From: a virus
Direction: 5' to 3' (one strand)
IMG/VR virus record: IMGVR_UViG_3300034045_000098
Span: 1 to 6,098 of that record
Length of the DNA stretch: 6,098 nucleotides
Part shown: positions 4,180-6,098 of the stretch, one piece after another
Position numbering within the stretch: position 1 is the first letter of the stretch
Layout: each line of letters opens with the position of its first letter
Program-made: the position numbers and the translations under genes
Notes under the pieces: model-generated
Databases searched by the model: none
Told to the model about the DNA's origin: nothing
What the model saw: only the letters and a program-made list of their open reading frames with translations

Positions 4180-5331
4180 TTAAACAGATAAATCAGAAGA
4201 AGAAATTTTAAATAAATTAGATGAGCAATAAATAGAAAAAGTAGAAGTAGAAGTTTTAATTAAAGCCTGACATTTAGAAACCCATTTTACAGAATAACCG
4301 AAATCCAAGAGATCAATAGAAGTAAAAGAATAAACTTTATCTTTATCATTAACTTGAAAAGAATATATTTTTTCAGCAGTTGAATAGACAGAGCCAGTGA
4401 TAAAAGCATTTTTTAAAAAAGAAACTTTAGTATCGACGATGTTATTAACAGAGTTATCAATAACATTAGAATTCTGAAAACTATCATTTTCAACAGCCAA
4501 AGAATTAGGATTTTCATTTTTAGATAAATCGGTTTTAACAACTTTCTGTAAAGAAGTTTCAGAATGCCCGCCCACAGCTCTTGGAGCAGGTTTAGAAAGA
4601 ACATAAGACCAAACGCAAACAAGAAAAAATAAAAGTGAAACAACTTTCGGATCTTTATAGAAAGCGGAGCGAGGGTTAGAATTTTCGAATGTTCCCGTTT
4701 TTGTCGAAGAATAAAGATCAAAAATCTTTTTCGGTACATAGTTAAAGTATTTAACTGTACCTTGACTTGATTGTGAAGTACCACGAGAATCCGCCCCATG
4801 CTCAATAGTTTTGTAAAAACGCCAAAGCCCCAAATTATAATGACGAACAGCTACTTTAGCCATGTCGCGCATTTCAGAACGAACTTTAGTAATAGAAGTT
4901 GTAGTAAAAACAAAATCCCAAGAATAATGCCTTTGCATATCCCACGCAGTATGAATATCTTCGGGTCTTTGAGAATCTAAAACTTTATCTTCATCATCAT
5001 AAAAAGAAAGCAAAGATAAATCCTTTTCACGCCAGGATGGTTTAAAAATACGTTGAACTTCATCAATAACAAAAAAAGAACCCGTTGGACACCAATGGAA
5101 AAATCGTGCTAGTTTTTGCCTACCTGATTCTTGCTCTGTATCTATAAAAATAACTTTAAAATTCTTATGAACAAACTTTTTACCAAGAACTTTAATAGCT
5201 TTTTCACGAGAAAAACCGCGAACATTTGTAACTAAAGTACGACCTGATTTAATAATGGGTAAAATATCGTCTTTAATCGCGCCTGAAGTTTTAAAAGTGC
5301 CGTCGGGTCCATGATGAATTTTTATACCCAC
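4180..5331 (-). CDS. zot: Zot / pI-family phage assembly NTPase, 383 aa
   Basis: The N-terminus MGIKIHHGPDGTFKTSGAI closely parallels CTXphi Zot MSIFIHHGAPGSYKTSGAL as I recall it. Other shared segments are VTNVRG, ARFFHW, the Walker B FFVIDEVQRIF, RPED..AWDMQRHYSWDFVFTT and IFDLYSSTKTG. A central TM segment (VVSLLFFLVCVWSYVLS) is followed by a C-terminal periplasmic domain. The start is GTG at 5331, with GAGG 8 nt upstream and 2 nt after the upstream stop. Confidence 0.95.
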   Translation of the reverse strand: MGIKIHHGPDGTFKTSGAIKDDILPIIKSGRTLVTNVRGFSREKAIKVLGKKFVHKNFKVIFIDTEQESGRQKLARFFHWCPTGSFFVIDEVQRIFKPSWREKDLSLLSFYDDEDKVLDSQRPEDIHTAWDMQRHYSWDFVFTTTSITKVRSEMRDMAKVAVRHYNLGLWRFYKTIEHGADSRGTSQSSQGTVKYFNYVPKKIFDLYSSTKTGTFENSNPRSAFYKDPKVVSLLFFLVCVWSYVLSKPAPRAVGGHSETSLQKVVKTDLSKNENPNSLAVENDSFQNSNVIDNSVNNIVDTKVSFLKNAFITGSVYSTAEKIYSFQVNDKDKVYSFTSIDLLDFGYSVKWVSKCQALIKTSTSTFSIYCSSNLFKISSSDLSV

Positions 5332-5333
5332 AA

Positions 5334-5651
5334 TTAAAACCTCGCAAAATTCATAACATATTTAGTGACAGCAGCATTTAAAACTAAATTTAAACCAGCT
5401 GGAACATTAAAAAAATTTAATAAATTCAATGTATCAGGCGGTAAAAGAGAAAGAGAAGAATTAATTTCAGAAACAACATTTAGTTGAGAAATAACTTGTT
5501 TGGCTATATCCCAAGAAAAAATCAAAGAAGATATTTGTAATTCTATTTTCAATATAGTTAATTGAATTATAAGAAACGCAACAAAATCAGTTAATAATTG
5601 ATAAATAGTTACATCAAAAAATTGTAAAACAGCATTAAAAAAAGCAAACAT
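5334..5651 (-). CDS. pVI / Ace-like minor coat membrane protein, 105 aa
   Basis: It is a hydrophobic ~100-aa protein between the pIII-like gene and zot. WDIAKQVI, LLPPD and LNLVLNAAVTKYV parallel CTXphi Ace WEMSQKVI, MLPPQ and LAIVLQALMTRF, from memory. The ATG is 3 nt after the pIII-like TAA. Confidence 0.8.
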   Translation of the reverse strand: MFAFFNAVLQFFDVTIYQLLTDFVAFLIIQLTILKIELQISSLIFSWDIAKQVISQLNVVSEINSSLSLLPPDTLNLLNFFNVPAGLNLVLNAAVTKYVMNFARF

Positions 5652-5654
5652 AAA

Positions 5655-6098
5655 TTAAGGTCTCAAAACAATAAAAGCAGCAACTACGACAAACATAAAA
5701 TAAACAAAACGAGCTAAAACAGATAATTCATCAGAATATTCATTTGTACAAAAATTATAAGTTTTACCATTAAATCTAACAACATCATAACAATTATTTA
5801 AAGAGCCTGTACCAACAGCGACAGTGCCAATTAAATTTTTATATTCATCTTTAACAGAATCAAGCTTAGTTTTAAGTTCTTCCTTTTTGTCTTCAAGTTT
5901 TTGTTTAGCTTCATCTATTTTAAAAGAACCAGCATTTGAACGTTTTATAGTACCCGACAATTTTGAATTTATATCACCCAAGCCGTCAACAATTGGAGCA
6001 AGGTCACCTGAAGTTATACCGCCAGAACCCCCACTCGGGTCATCAGGATTATTTGGATCGTCAGGATTGTTTGGATCATCAGGATTATTTGGATCGTC
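5655..6098 (-). CDS. pIII-like minor coat / adsorption protein, C-terminal part (6005-6098 duplicates 1-94; unique part is 5655-6004)
   Basis: The frame is open from the window end down to the TAA at 5657-5655. The 'M' at 5981 in the ORF track is an internal TTG (Leu). The sequence ...KLDSVKDEYKNLIG...CYDVVRFNGKTYNFCTNEYSDELSVLARFVYFMFVVVAAFIVLRP parallels the M13 pIII C-terminal domain as I recall it (KLDSVATDYGAAIDGFIG ... CRPFVFGAGKPYEFSIDC ... TM anchor). Confidence 0.85.
   Translation of the reverse strand, partial: DDPNNPDDPNNPDDPNNPDDPSGGSGGITSGDLAPIVDGLGDINSKLSGTIKRSNAGSFKIDEAKQKLEDKKEELKTKLDSVKDEYKNLIGTVAVGTGSLNNCYDVVRFNGKTYNFCTNEYSDELSVLARFVYFMFVVVAAFIVLRP
6005..6098. repeat. Terminal redundancy copy 2 (circular-assembly overlap)
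   Basis: Identical to 1-94 at an offset of 6004 bp. Confidence 0.95.

Larger units (their letters stand above)
1..6004 (-). mobile_element. Complete circular filamentous-phage (inovirus-like) genome, unit length 6004 bp
   Basis: There is an exact 94-bp terminal redundancy (1-94 = 6005-6098). The canonical inovirus module order is present on one strand: Rep, ssb, small coat proteins, major coat, pIII-like, pVI-like, Zot/pI. An ORF stays in frame across the junction. Confidence 0.85.

Noticed and set aside
4413-4980. ORFs 4413..4805 (minus, 130 aa) and 4798..4980 (plus, 60 aa) inside zot
   Set aside because: These are out-of-frame and antisense shadows of a confidently identified Zot-family gene. 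I recognised no independent signals.
5287-5310. Apparently degenerate Walker A in Zot (GPDGTFKT, with Phe where the canonical GxxxxGK[ST] has Gly)
   Set aside because: CTXphi Zot has an aromatic residue at the same position (GAPGSYKTS, from memory). This is a family trait, not a sign of inactivation or novelty.

Overview
The window is a complete, circularly permuted genome of a small filamentous (inovirus-like) phage. Bases 1-94 are identical to 6005-6098, so the true unit is a 6004-bp circle. The DNA is AT-rich. Every credible gene lies on the minus strand, so the minus strand is mRNA-sense and presumably the packaged strand. Genes are tightly packed and often translationally coupled.

Gene order along the minus strand:
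- intergenic control region (4179-4010)
- 81-aa orphan
- 135-aa orphan
- small Cro/YdaS-like HTH protein
- gpII/RstA-type rolling-circle Rep (360 aa)
- intergenic region with hairpins and a promoter-like site
- putative ssDNA-binding protein (96 aa)
- 78-aa coat-like membrane protein
- major coat protein (69-aa precursor)
- 26-aa hydrophobic ORF that is not in the ORF track
- pIII-like adsorption protein (446 aa)
- pVI/Ace-like protein (105 aa)
- Zot/pI assembly NTPase (383 aa)

The pIII-like gene crosses the window junction, which is why the ORF track misses it. I saw no secretin, integrase, transposase, tRNA, rRNA or CRISPR.

The structural and replication core is conventional. The parts worth a second look are:
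- the junction-spanning pIII-like gene with a DPNNPD x4 linker
- the hidden mini-ORF
- the coat-like paralogue
- the two orphan genes in the variable module
- several discrete structured or palindromic non-coding elements, including GC-rich islands in otherwise AT-rich DNA

Homology statements rest on my recollection of the M13 pIII and gpII, CTXphi Zot and Ace, and Pf3 ssb sequences, plus protein architecture. No database search was possible.
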